Numbered from the stretch's first letter, positions 48,273-57,820 are shown. The stretch is 64,000 bases of DNA from Promethearchaeati archaeon SRVP18_Atabeyarchaeia-1 (GCA_037308085.1 CP147779.1:1088001-1152000); one strand, 5' to 3'. The notes: generated by a model not told the origin, from the sequence alone. Program-made: numbers and translations.

Positions 48273-48566
48273 CTACTTCACAAGAACGTACTCCGCATCC
48301 ATAGCTGACTCGGAGTAGACTCCCTTTACTTTGTCAATTCTCTTGATACCTTTCGAATCCTTCATGAGGATCATGAACCCCATAGGCCAGTCAAGTGCTA
48401 TTCTCTGGATGTCGCCCTTCTTTCTGCCGACCTCGATCAATCCTCCGCCTGTCACCCAGTTCTCAATGACGATCTTGCAGAATTCTTCTGATTTTATTCC
48501 AGCGGCCTTGGCAAACTCGTCGATTTTTGCTTTTACCTGAGGGGTTATCTCAAATGCAATTGGCAT
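48273..48566 (-). CDS. Small protein with N-terminal RHH-like segment
   Basis: IAFEITPQVKAKIDEFAKAAGIKSEEFCKIVIENW; AGGAGG RBS. Confidence 0.6.
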   Translation of the reverse strand: MPIAFEITPQVKAKIDEFAKAAGIKSEEFCKIVIENWVTGGGLIEVGRKKGDIQRIALDWPMGFMILMKDSKGIKRIDKVKGVYSESAMDAEYVLVK

Positions 48567-48590
48567 TATTCTTCTCACTTCCTCCTTTCT

Positions 48591-49304
48591 TCATTTCTTC
48601 CGCAGTGCAGCCCTCACATATGGCTTGCCCCAGTACTCGCTGAATGCAACGCCTTCAAATGGATATCTTGTGGGTCCGAGTGCCCTTGACCTCTCTGGAA
48701 CGCCTAGACAGAAAGCCGTTATTGGGCGCCAACCGTATGGGATACCAAAGTGCTTCATGACCATGTCGCGTCTGCGATCATCGCCTATGCATGGAAAACT
48801 GTCCCAACCCGCGCCGATTCCCAGCCCTGTTGCAGCCAGCCACATGTTCTGCATAGCCATCGCAAAAGCGGAGTCAGTTATCTCGCGTATCGACGAAGGA
48901 ACGTAAGGTATATCGTAGTACTGGTCTGAAGTGCAAGATAGAAGCACCACGTCAGAGTTCTCAGGGTACCTGAATAGAGAGCCGTCGAACATACCCTCAA
49001 CCGTATCCACTCTCGCTTCTGGTGCAACATACCAAAGTCGGTCCGCAGGCATATCATACTTAGCCATTCCAAAAGCCAGCGCAGATGTCTCTTGAGCTAA
49101 GTCAGCCAGCAGTTTCTTGGACTCTGGATCTCGGATTACGATCCACTTCCAAGGCTGAATGTTCTCTGGTGAAGGAGCTTGCCTTCCAGCATCAATTATC
49201 CTTTCCACGACATCGTCGGGTACTTTTTCATCTTTCTTGAAGTGCCTTATGGTTCTCCTAGAATAGATCGCTTCGAAAACATCCAAAGGCTTTGACACCT
49301 CCAT
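48591..49304 (-). CDS. Nitroreductase family protein
   Basis: RRTIRHF, QAPSPENIQPW, QNMWLAATGLGIG. Confidence 0.93.
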   Translation of the reverse strand: MEVSKPLDVFEAIYSRRTIRHFKKDEKVPDDVVERIIDAGRQAPSPENIQPWKWIVIRDPESKKLLADLAQETSALAFGMAKYDMPADRLWYVAPEARVDTVEGMFDGSLFRYPENSDVVLLSCTSDQYYDIPYVPSSIREITDSAFAMAMQNMWLAATGLGIGAGWDSFPCIGDDRRRDMVMKHFGIPYGWRPITAFCLGVPERSRALGPTRYPFEGVAFSEYWGKPYVRAALRKK

Positions 49305-49336
49305 GTTGACTAATTCGCTTCTATTTTATAACAAGG

Positions 49337-49342
49337 TTAAAA
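49337..49342 (+). promoter_or_regulatory. TATA box (AAGG-TTAAAA) upstream of candidate large ncRNA
   Basis: First T lies 25-28 nt before the 5' arm of the closing helix. Confidence 0.5.
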
Positions 49343-49361
49343 GCATATTGGGTAGAAAATC

Positions 49362-49772
49362 GCGGCTTACCTCGGATGAAATCCAATCCACTGCCACTCA
49401 GAACAACCTACTATTAGCTGTTTGCCAGGAAACCCCGTTAGCCTGATGCTCAACCGACGTGAAATGGACTTGATGCAATACATTTCATACAGTTGGGGAG
49501 AGATTGGTCAGCTACCCGCCGCTGAAGCTTGCGGGCTGGCAACTCGAGGATTTCGCAATATCTCATCCAAGGTGTCTGCTCTCTAATGTGGCCAGCAATT
49601 ATGGCCTTATTCGTGGTTGGCATCTTGGAACGATTCCAGTCCCTGAACTCAAAAATGTGGACATCTGTCGGAATCTCGGGGGGAGTTGAAGAAATCTGGC
49701 GAGATTTAGCATCAAAGTCACCAGGGTTTTTGAAAAAGACTCGCTGGCATGAGTTTTTCCCGAGGTAGGCGC
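49362..49772 (+). ncRNA. Candidate ~410-nt highly structured ncRNA
   Basis: Closing helix 49365-49375/49760-49770 (11 bp); nested stems 49459-49466/49481-49488, 49543-49555/49669-49680 and 49566-49576/49619-49629; G-U pairs on +. Confidence 0.65.
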
Positions 49773-49902
49773 TTTAGCAGTTCTGCGCCTTCCCAGATCT
49801 TTTCACCTCTTTTCGTCGTAGACTCTTTCTCCATTAAAGTGCAGAGATCTGAGAAGAGTGTGCCCGCAGGCATTCAGTATTTCGCCACAATCTCTTTGTA
49901 CG

Positions 49903-51822
49903 CTAGATTTTTCTGGCGATTTCAGCTGCACCATGTACGGCATCCATTATCTTTCCACGCTTCGCCGCGTCTCCCACGACATAGGTCTCAGGGATCTTCC
50001 TTCTCAGATTCTCGAGGAGACTCGTGCTTGATACTGTACCCAGAGCAACGACAACGGTATCAGCTCTTTCCAGGTATCTGCCGCCTTCCTTCTCGTAGAC
50101 TGCTCCATCTTCGTTGATTTCAACAACCTTTGCCGATGTTATCAGCTCTCCTCCGAAGTCAGCGAATCTGTGTCTAACGTAGGAGTTGAAGGCTGGGATC
50201 ATTTCAGTTCCCACTTTTTTCATCTGCTCAATTATGGTAACCTTCTTGCCGTGTTCAGCAAGGTGATAGCCCGTCTCGAGGCCTATCTCTCCTCCACCTA
50301 GAATAGCGACCTTTTCACCCACATTCACTTTCCCTGCCAAGACATCTGTCGCGGGAACAACGTTCTCACCTTCAATACCAGGGATATCAGGAAGCGCTAA
50401 GATTGAACCCGTAGCCATACAAGCTACGTCCGGCGCCATGTCGTCAATCATAGATTCACTGACCTCTTCTGCCAAATGAATGTCTACCCCCAGTCTGTCA
50501 AGCTCATGTCTAAAGTAGGGAACTATGTTTTTCAGTTCGTACTTGTACGAGGGAGTTGAAGCCAGCAAAACCTGTCCACCGAGCTCATTATTCTGCTCAT
50601 AGAGCGACACGCGATGACCTCTCAACGCCGCTATTCTCGCAAATTCCATTCCACCAACCCCACCACCAATCACCAAAACCTTCTTGGGTTTCTGCGCAGC
50701 CTTGAACCGGAACTCATCTTCCCTCCCAACTGCAGCATTGAGGACGCAAGTCACAGGCTTGAAAAGAAAGAGCATGTTTATGCATCCCTCATTGCAGGCA
50801 ATGCAAGGCCTTATCTCCTCCAGCCTGTGCTCCATTGCTTTCCTTGGAAACTCCGGGTCGGCTATCAACGCTCTGCCAACAGAAACCAAGTCTGCATGAC
50901 CCTTCTCCACAATTTCCTCGGCAAGCCTGACATCATTTATCCTGCCCACGGCGATGACGGGTATATTAGCAACCTCTTTTATTCCCTGAGCCAAGGGCAC
51001 CATGAACCCTCTCGGTAGCCACATTGGTGCCGTTGACTCGCCATTCTTGGAGTCGTAGATTCCGCCCGAAACGTGAATCGCATCAACTCCCGCCTTCTCA
51101 ATAACTTGCGCAATTCTCTTGGCATCAGCCAAGACTAAGCCGCCCTCAAAGTAATCATCCCCGTTAATTCTGCAAATGATCGGAAAGCTTTCCCCAACTT
51201 TCTTCTTAATCGTGTGAATTATCTCCAACAGGAACCTTGTTCTGCCTAAGAAATCCCCGCCATACCTATCCTTCCTTAGGTTGGTAAGGGGAGATAAGAA
51301 CTGGTTAACGAGGTATCCGTGGGCAGCATGTATTTCCACAGTATCGAATCCCGCGTCCTTAATTCTTCTTGTCGCCTCACCGAAGGCATCGATGGTCTCC
51401 TCTATCTCTTTAAGGGTCAGCGGACGAGGCGTCTCTCTAATCAACAAGCAGGGAACATCAGAAGCCGAAACCGACTGCGCTCCTATAATTGCAGAAGGTC
51501 CTTGCCTGCCTCCATGAAAAAGCTGGATCGCCGCCTTAGCCCCCTCAGCGTGAATCGCTCCTGCAAGCTTGCTCAAACCTGGGATCTTATCATCGTTGGT
51601 GAGACTAATCTGGTTATTCAAGCCTCTGGCCAGAGGGTGAACGAAAGCACCCTCAACAATCACCAAGCCCACTCCGCCACGAGCGCGCTCCCGATAATAC
51701 TCGATCCCGCGTTGAGTTATCGAGCCATCTCCAGTCGCATAGTTTGTGTTCATCGGAGGCATTACGAGGCGGTTCCTAAGTTCCACACGTCCGATTCTTA
51801 CTGGTTCAAACAACTTGGTCGT
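49903..51822 (-). CDS. NADH:flavin oxidoreductase (OYE-like TIM barrel + Fe-S + FAD domain; BaiCD/2,4-dienoyl-CoA reductase family)
   Basis: HAAHGYL, CIACNEGC...CVLN, GGGVGG. Start is either ACG 51822 (giving MTKLFEP) or TTG 51813. Confidence 0.93.
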   Translation of the reverse strand, partial: TTKLFEPVRIGRVELRNRLVMPPMNTNYATGDGSITQRGIEYYRERARGGVGLVIVEGAFVHPLARGLNNQISLTNDDKIPGLSKLAGAIHAEGAKAAIQLFHGGRQGPSAIIGAQSVSASDVPCLLIRETPRPLTLKEIEETIDAFGEATRRIKDAGFDTVEIHAAHGYLVNQFLSPLTNLRKDRYGGDFLGRTRFLLEIIHTIKKKVGESFPIICRINGDDYFEGGLVLADAKRIAQVIEKAGVDAIHVSGGIYDSKNGESTAPMWLPRGFMVPLAQGIKEVANIPVIAVGRINDVRLAEEIVEKGHADLVSVGRALIADPEFPRKAMEHRLEEIRPCIACNEGCINMLFLFKPVTCVLNAAVGREDEFRFKAAQKPKKVLVIGGGVGGMEFARIAALRGHRVSLYEQNNELGGQVLLASTPSYKYELKNIVPYFRHELDRLGVDIHLAEEVSESMIDDMAPDVACMATGSILALPDIPGIEGENVVPATDVLAGKVNVGEKVAILGGGEIGLETGYHLAEHGKKVTIIEQMKKVGTEMIPAFNSYVRHRFADFGGELITSAKVVEINEDGAVYEKEGGRYLERADTVVVALGTVSSTSLLENLRRKIPETYVVGDAAKRGKIMDAVHGAAEIARKI

Positions 51823-51960
51823 TTGGCATTCCTCCGAGCATGCAGAAAACCAACTCTAGATTGGGCATCAGTTATATAAGTATGAAACAACGAAAAACAA
51901 CTCATAATAACCAATAAGATAAATCGATAAGGGAGAGCGGAAAAAACGAGCTTCCAATCT

Positions 51961-52254
51961 ATGATTAGAGGCCAGATCCTGAAAGCAGCCGTCATTGGAG
52001 GAATAGTCGTCTTCATCCTCACTGTTATTCTAGCGCTTGTCCTTGGAACCGTACTTATACCCACAGTCTTGGCAGACTACCTCATCATGTTTATTGTGAT
52101 TCTGCTGATATCAGGCTTTGTCGCGGGATTCATAGCAGTGTACCTGATAATGGGCATGGCCATTAAGCAGATGATAGCAATGTTCATGCCAGCTGCCAAG
52201 CCAGAGAAACCTGAGAAACCTGAGAAACCTGAGAAACCTGAGAAGAAGAAGTAG
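51961..52254 (+). CDS. Small two-TM membrane protein with (PEK)n tail
   Basis: Two hydrophobic helices followed by KPEKPEKPEKPEKPEKKK. Confidence 0.7.
   Translation: MIRGQILKAAVIGGIVVFILTVILALVLGTVLIPTVLADYLIMFIVILLISGFVAGFIAVYLIMGMAIKQMIAMFMPAAKPEKPEKPEKPEKPEKKK
52204..52239 (+). repeat. 9-bp tandem repeat GAGAAACCT x4 (in-frame, EKP)
   Basis: Read directly from the sequence. Confidence 0.9.
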
Positions 52255-52423
52255 TGGCGGCCGGTACAAGAACTCTCTTCTGAGCTGCATGTATCAGGCA
52301 GGATAGCCATCGAATTCGACTAGACGTAGTCGGGGGAGAGATACGGATACTCTCCTTTGACCTATTTTTTATGCTTAATGTTTAAGTATGCGCTGAATCT
52401 CAGCACAGACAAGGCGATAAATC

Positions 52424-53479
52424 ATGCCAAAGAGTAGTTCATCGAGCTTGTCAGCGTTTGAAAGAGTGCGTTTAGCGATAGAGCTGAAGAAAACTGACAG
52501 GGTTCCAGTTGTTCCGGAAGCAACGTATGTCCTTGGAAAGCTTCTCAACGTGAAGTTCTCAGAGATCTCAAGAAGCGCAGAAAAGATGGCAAAGGTACTC
52601 ATACTGGGGCAAGAAGAGATAGGCTACGATGGCATCTATGTGGGATGGGAATCATCATTCAACTTGGTGGCTGAAGCCATGGGGTCCAAAATGAGGACAC
52701 TGGCAGACGGCGTACCGAGCATAGAAGATAATCTAGTGAAACAGGAATCTGACTTGGGCAAGGTGAAAATACCGAATCCGCAAAAGGATGGTCGGTTGCC
52801 TATACACCTTCAAGCGACGGAAATCATAAGAAAGAACGTCGGAGCAGACACCCCTATCTTCACCTACGTTCCAGGTCCACTTACGCTCTCAGGCATACTC
52901 CGCAAGACTGATCTTCTAATGATGGACTTACTGAAGAACCCCAGCTTGGTTCACGACCTGAACAAGATGACGACGGAAGCCTCCAAAGCTTTTGCATTGG
53001 CTAAGATTGAGAAGGGCGCAGACATAGTGGTTGCAGCAGATCCAACTGCCTCGACAACAATGATATCGCCCAAAATGTTCGAAGAGTTCTCGCTACCATA
53101 CCTTAAGGAGCTTCTGGGTGCCATATCCAAAGCCGGGGCAACGCCTTCGCTGCACATCTGCGGGCAGACAACCCCGATCCTAGAAAATATGCTGGAGACT
53201 GGGCCAAGGATACTTGAACTTGACTCTCAAGTAGATCTCCGCGAAGCAAAAAGCAGAGTGGGATCAAAGGTCTGCATTCAAGGCAACTTGAATCCCACAG
53301 GCGCTCTGCTTCGTGGAAGCACAGACGACGTTTTGAAAGAAGCCAAGGAATGCATCAATCGTGCGTCAATGGGAGGCGGCTATATACTGAGTAGCGGATG
53401 CGAGATTCCATACGAAGCCAGAATAGAGAACCTCAAAGCCTTGGTCAGAGCAGCCAAGACATTTGGAAAATACAGTTAA
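52424..53479 (+). CDS. MtaA/CmuA-type methyltransferase (URO-D family)
   Basis: Zn ligands LHICG and SSGCE; GP.TL; QGNL.P. Confidence 0.88.
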   Translation: MPKSSSSSLSAFERVRLAIELKKTDRVPVVPEATYVLGKLLNVKFSEISRSAEKMAKVLILGQEEIGYDGIYVGWESSFNLVAEAMGSKMRTLADGVPSIEDNLVKQESDLGKVKIPNPQKDGRLPIHLQATEIIRKNVGADTPIFTYVPGPLTLSGILRKTDLLMMDLLKNPSLVHDLNKMTTEASKAFALAKIEKGADIVVAADPTASTTMISPKMFEEFSLPYLKELLGAISKAGATPSLHICGQTTPILENMLETGPRILELDSQVDLREAKSRVGSKVCIQGNLNPTGALLRGSTDDVLKEAKECINRASMGGGYILSSGCEIPYEARIENLKALVRAAKTFGKYS

Positions 53480-53552
53480 GAAAAGTGTAAAGACTTAAAT
53501 TGCCGAACAATAATCGGGAATCTGAGCCGAACGATAATAGAACAAAGGAGAA

Positions 53553-53894
53553 TTGACAGTAATGCTAATCAAGGTCAGAATAACACGCATAAACAGCTTT
53601 AAGTCACAAGGGGGAAAAGTGGGGAGACAAGTAGATTTCACCGAGGAGCAGAAGATCCAACAACCGATTTTTGCCTTATCCGACCAGGACCAGGCGCAGA
53701 CGGCAGGCGATTTTGCCGCTCTCATGGGACCGCTTATGAAGAGTTTCCAAGGAATGTTCCCAATGGCCATGCCAAGAATGAGCATTTGGCTTCTAGAGGA
53801 GGAAGTGGAGGAACTGGGCATACCACTGGAAGTCAACAGAGTCTACAACATGGAAATCGTTGGAGGAAGGATAAACCTTCAACCTGCGGACTGA
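53553..53894 (+). CDS. Arcadin-1 homologue
   Basis: SDQDQAQ...MPRMSIWLLEEEVEELG.LEV...EIVGGRINLQP resembles my recollection of Pyrobaculum arcadin-1 (PRITLWLTEEEEEVFG...IENGAITIKP). Confidence 0.75.
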   Translation: MTVMLIKVRITRINSFKSQGGKVGRQVDFTEEQKIQQPIFALSDQDQAQTAGDFAALMGPLMKSFQGMFPMAMPRMSIWLLEEEVEELGIPLEVNRVYNMEIVGGRINLQPAD

Positions 53895-54057
53895 GAAAGT
53901 CCCGCTTCACAAGTGCGGCTTTCCGTCTCAGAATGTGAGTTGAGACTCCAACACTCTTATAGCTCACACATGGCACTAGTTGTGCATCTTAGGCCGGTCT
54001 TGGCAAGTTGCGGAGATCGCCGGCGCCCGTTTGCTCAAGTAGAAGAGGTTATCCGAA

Positions 54058-54522
54058 ATGAAGGTAATAGGCATCGTTTTTGAGAAGCTTGAAGGCGAAA
54101 GGAACGTGGGATTTGAAGAGCAGTTTCCAATGATCAAGAGCGTAGGAAACAACGTTAGGATAAAGTCGATCCAGAAAACTTCTCTCCCGATTCCTTCAGG
54201 CACATTCGAGGCTGTGAGGGTCGGGTTTACTTTTCAGTGCATCTATGATCCTAACGTTGCATCGATCCGCATCGAAGGATACATTCTTTGTGAAGCTTCG
54301 AAGGATGAGCAAGAAAAGATTATGTCTTCCTGGAAGACCCGAAGGGACTTGCCCCCAGAATTGGCTCCGATGCTTATTGGTCCCATCATTATGAAATGCT
54401 TGGTGAAGGCAGCAGGGCTGTCAGACGACCTCCAAGTTCCGCCACCTATCCCTCCTCCCCCGATGCCCAGACCTGAAAACAAGGGTAGGAATGAGAAGGA
54501 AGGGGAGAGCTATATCGCCTAG
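54058..54522 (+). CDS. Conserved archaeal protein, probable SecB-like fold
   Basis: Beta-strand N-terminus (VRVGFTFQCIYDP..IRIEG), then helices and LQVPPPIP. Confidence 0.6.
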   Translation: MKVIGIVFEKLEGERNVGFEEQFPMIKSVGNNVRIKSIQKTSLPIPSGTFEAVRVGFTFQCIYDPNVASIRIEGYILCEASKDEQEKIMSSWKTRRDLPPELAPMLIGPIIMKCLVKAAGLSDDLQVPPPIPPPPMPRPENKGRNEKEGESYIA

Positions 54523-55454
54523 TTCTCGTCAGAACCAGTTGCCCGACCTGCCGGAAATCTCGTGATTACTTTAGAGAAGTAGCTGATCTTCCCCAGGAAC
54601 TTGAATCCAATGCCGGCAAGTCTCTCTCTAGAAAAACTCCTGTCGGCGTCAATCACCACATAATCACACTTCTTCTTCGAAACGATCCTGACGGCTTCCG
54701 ATACTAGAGCTCCTGCTATAGCAGACCTATCCCTGAGATCTGGCAGAACGCTCAGCCTATCCAGGTAGCCCACATTCCTACAAATTGAGTATCCAATTGT
54801 TCCTACCGCTGACCCCGCATAATGGACGAGTAATCTTGCCAGATCATCCTCCTGTATCGTTCCGTAAGGCGTCTCGGAATGAACTTGTCTCCTGCACTCT
54901 TCGAAGGGTCTGGATGTGGTCGCTGCAAGATAAAGCGCGCGCCAGTTGAGGAGGGAGTCGGTAGCAGTGACCCTGAACGTTTCATCTGGTGCCTTAGACA
55001 CGCCTTTATGCTTTGGCACCTCCAGAAGCATTCTGTCCCTAACCGTTTCGGCAAAGCCCCGTCCTCTCAGAACTGTCTTGAGTGAGCCCGAATGCATTCC
55101 CTCAACATATTTGGCCTCTAGGTCTGGTGCTCTTCTGGAGTTTAGAAGAGCAAGGACATAATCGACCAGCAACTGAATTGCTGCATCATCATTCCTGGTT
55201 GTGTGAATGAGAAGTATCTCGGTCCTCAGAGGCTCCGTAGACAACGCTAGTACGCAGCAACCGATTGCACCCCGTTCCTCAACCGCGAGCAGAAACCTCG
55301 CTTCCCGCCCTATAATGCTAGGCAGTTTCTCATCAGGAAAGACAATGTCGGCAAATGGGGCCGTTAGGCTGCTCGGAACTTTCTTGCGGAAATCTTGGAT
55401 GATGCCGTGGCAAGAATGCAGGTTGGATGGAATCACTCTCACGGTTGACGTCAA
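54519..55454 (-). CDS. Tandem GNAT-fold acetyltransferase
   Basis: Two GNAT-like repeats, each ending in GF; LSVLPDLR..IAGAL. Confidence 0.75.
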   Translation of the reverse strand: MTSTVRVIPSNLHSCHGIIQDFRKKVPSSLTAPFADIVFPDEKLPSIIGREARFLLAVEERGAIGCCVLALSTEPLRTEILLIHTTRNDDAAIQLLVDYVLALLNSRRAPDLEAKYVEGMHSGSLKTVLRGRGFAETVRDRMLLEVPKHKGVSKAPDETFRVTATDSLLNWRALYLAATTSRPFEECRRQVHSETPYGTIQEDDLARLLVHYAGSAVGTIGYSICRNVGYLDRLSVLPDLRDRSAIAGALVSEAVRIVSKKKCDYVVIDADRSFSRERLAGIGFKFLGKISYFSKVITRFPAGRATGSDEN

Positions 55455-55671
55455 CCACCTGTCGATTTGATCTCAGAGCAGACCCGTATTAAGACGCCAG
55501 ACTGTAACTCGCAGAAAGTTCGCAACCTTCAGAGAGGAAGCTTCATATTCGCCATCCACTATACAAATATGACAATATTAGGTTTAGGTAGATGGACAAG
55601 AGAAGTCACTGTCCTGCAGGATTTCTTTGGATGGGACTTCGGAACACGTTCAGATGGACGCTGGGATCACG

Positions 55672-56157
55672 ATGTCGCGCGGATCGAAAGCCGAGCATTG
55701 GGAGATAGTCAGGCAGACACCCCCTGTCGACAAGAAGATCGCCGTGCTAGTTGATGGTCCCAACATGCTTCGGAAGGAGTTTAACGTCAAGCTCGAGTAT
55801 ATTAGGGAACCTGTTGAGACTCTTGGGAATATCGTAACCGCCAAGGTCTTCCTCAACACTTTCGCCACTGATCGGCTACTGGAGGCGATAGCAAACAGCG
55901 GGTTCACGCCCGTAGTGACCGCAACTGACATCTACACCACGATGGCGGTAGAGGCAATGGAAGTCATAGCGACCCGCAGGGTAAACACTCTTGCTATAGC
56001 GAGCCGACATGCGAGATGCGCTCCGATCATCCGTAAGGCAAAAGAGAAAGGCGTGGAAAGCATAGTAATTGGTTTCGAGCCAGGATTCAGCACAGCCCTG
56101 CAAAACGCCTCGGATTACGTGATAAAAATAGTGACCGGCGCTGAGCAGCCAAAGTAG
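55672..56157 (+). CDS. NYN-domain protein (TIGR00288-like)
   Basis: VDGPNMLRKEF; GFEPGFSTALQNASD. Confidence 0.88.
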   Translation: MSRGSKAEHWEIVRQTPPVDKKIAVLVDGPNMLRKEFNVKLEYIREPVETLGNIVTAKVFLNTFATDRLLEAIANSGFTPVVTATDIYTTMAVEAMEVIATRRVNTLAIASRHARCAPIIRKAKEKGVESIVIGFEPGFSTALQNASDYVIKIVTGAEQPK

Positions 56158-56195
56158 CTACCACTGCCTCACTTGGCGCGGAAGGGCAGGCGATT

Positions 56196-56921
56196 CTATT
56201 GTTTGGTCTTTGTCTTCTCTGCGTACTTCCTTATTTCTTCCTTCTCGAGCTTCACATATTTCCTATCTTCTGCTGAGACATACGCTATTTCCAGCTTCTC
56301 AGGAGGCAACGTCTCTTTGATTCCACTTGTCAGTGCTTTCAAGCCAAGTCCTATAGCCTCATCTCTCGACAAGTCGGCGTTGTAGTTCTTCTCAAAGTAC
56401 TCTCTTGCGGCGTCAGCCCCTCTTCCAATAGTTGACGCTTTCCAATTCCAGTAACTTCCACTGGGAAAAGTGGTAAACAACTGCGGACCAGTCTCGTCAA
56501 CGCCAGCTAACATTAGGGCTACTCCAAATGGCCTAACTCCGGCCTGTTGGGTGTATTGTTGCATAAGGTCACAGAGTCGCCTGGTAAGAGTTTCAACTGA
56601 TATGGCCTCATCATAAGTCAACCTGTTGACTTGCGCCTGAACCCTCGCATAATCTACCAGACGCCTTGCGTCGGCTTGAAGCCCTGCAATTGAAGCGATA
56701 ACGTGATTGTCGATTGGATATATCTTCGTGTTGTCACCTGGCTCCATCAACTGCTCGAGCTTGTTCTCCGCGATTATTATGACGTCACTCTTGATCTTGA
56801 CGCCCACAGCTATCGTGCCACGGCGTATCGCCTCAACGGCGTACTCGACCTGGAAAAGCCTTCCGTCCGGACTGAAAACTGTTATGGCACTATCATAACC
56901 CACGCCTGGAGGTCCAAACAT
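56196..56921 (-). CDS. psmA: 20S proteasome alpha subunit
   Basis: YDSAITVFSPDGRLFQVEYA; GLQADAR; YTQ..GVRPFG. Confidence 0.97.
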   Translation of the reverse strand: MFGPPGVGYDSAITVFSPDGRLFQVEYAVEAIRRGTIAVGVKIKSDVIIIAENKLEQLMEPGDNTKIYPIDNHVIASIAGLQADARRLVDYARVQAQVNRLTYDEAISVETLTRRLCDLMQQYTQQAGVRPFGVALMLAGVDETGPQLFTTFPSGSYWNWKASTIGRGADAAREYFEKNYNADLSRDEAIGLGLKALTSGIKETLPPEKLEIAYVSAEDRKYVKLEKEEIRKYAEKTKTKQ

Positions 56922-57137
56922 ATCTCAACACCTAGACTCGTGAAACATGAATTCTACAGAGAAGCAGAGCACCTTACTAGAATAGCTTCCCAAAGGATGA
57001 CATTTTGTTCTTAAGAGTGAGCGAATATTTAAATGTCGTGGTGTCGCGCTCAACCAAGGTGATGAGGTTGCCAAAGGGGGCTAAACAGTGAAAATCTTTA
57101 ATTGGTTGAATGTCAACTAGTTGATAGGCTGATTATT

Positions 57138-57794
57138 ATGAGATACCATCTTCTCACCTGGGACGAGTGCTACAGACAGGCCAAAGAAGTCGCACGATTG
57201 ATAAGAAGAAGCGGGTTCTATCCTGAAGTGATAATTGCCCTTGCAAGGAGTGGGTTTGTTCCTGGTCGGATTCTGTCAGATCTACTCTCAGTCGATGATT
57301 TGGAGGGGCTACAAGTCCACCATGTGCTCAGTAGCGAACTGCCGGGAGAAGTTGAAGTAGAGAGCGAGTACGAGGCGGTAATCCCTTACAAAGCCCCGCT
57401 AGACATAAAAGGTGAAAGCACGCTCGTTGTCGATGACATTGCTGGAACAGGCAAGAGCATGACTGCTGCAGTTCAGTATCTTGAGTCACTAAAGCCAAAA
57501 GCTCTGAAGTCCGCTTCACTTGGATACTCAACAGAATCGATCATAAGGCCAGATTTCTTTGCCATGACAATAGGCGAAGATGATTGGCTGCTTTATCCCT
57601 GGAACTACTTTGAGGACTTTGAGGACATTATCATAAGAACGCAAAAGAAAACAAAGCGGCGAGATATGAGCCCTGAAGCCCTATCGAAGGCGATCGAGGA
57701 ACACTTTGGCATAACCCTTCCAATCGAGGAACTGAGATACGTAATGGGCGAAGCCAAAATACCTCATCCCGCCAAGCGCACCAAGCAGGAGTAA
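57138..57794 (+). CDS. Purine phosphoribosyltransferase-family protein
   Basis: LTWD, ARSG, VVDDIAGTGKS, YPW. Confidence 0.9.
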   Translation: MRYHLLTWDECYRQAKEVARLIRRSGFYPEVIIALARSGFVPGRILSDLLSVDDLEGLQVHHVLSSELPGEVEVESEYEAVIPYKAPLDIKGESTLVVDDIAGTGKSMTAAVQYLESLKPKALKSASLGYSTESIIRPDFFAMTIGEDDWLLYPWNYFEDFEDIIIRTQKKTKRRDMSPEALSKAIEEHFGITLPIEELRYVMGEAKIPHPAKRTKQE

Positions 57795-57820
57795 GAGGGG
57801 CACTCTTCGGACCAACAACT

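Noticed and set aside
49425-49440. CAGGAAACCCC as RNase P CR-I
   Set aside because: No matching CR-V near the 3' end; the segment fits a local CAGG/CCTG hairpin.
49504-50117. Short + strand ORFs (49504, 49529, 49749)
   Set aside because: No recognisable domains, overlapping frames; better explained by RNA structure or antisense overlap.
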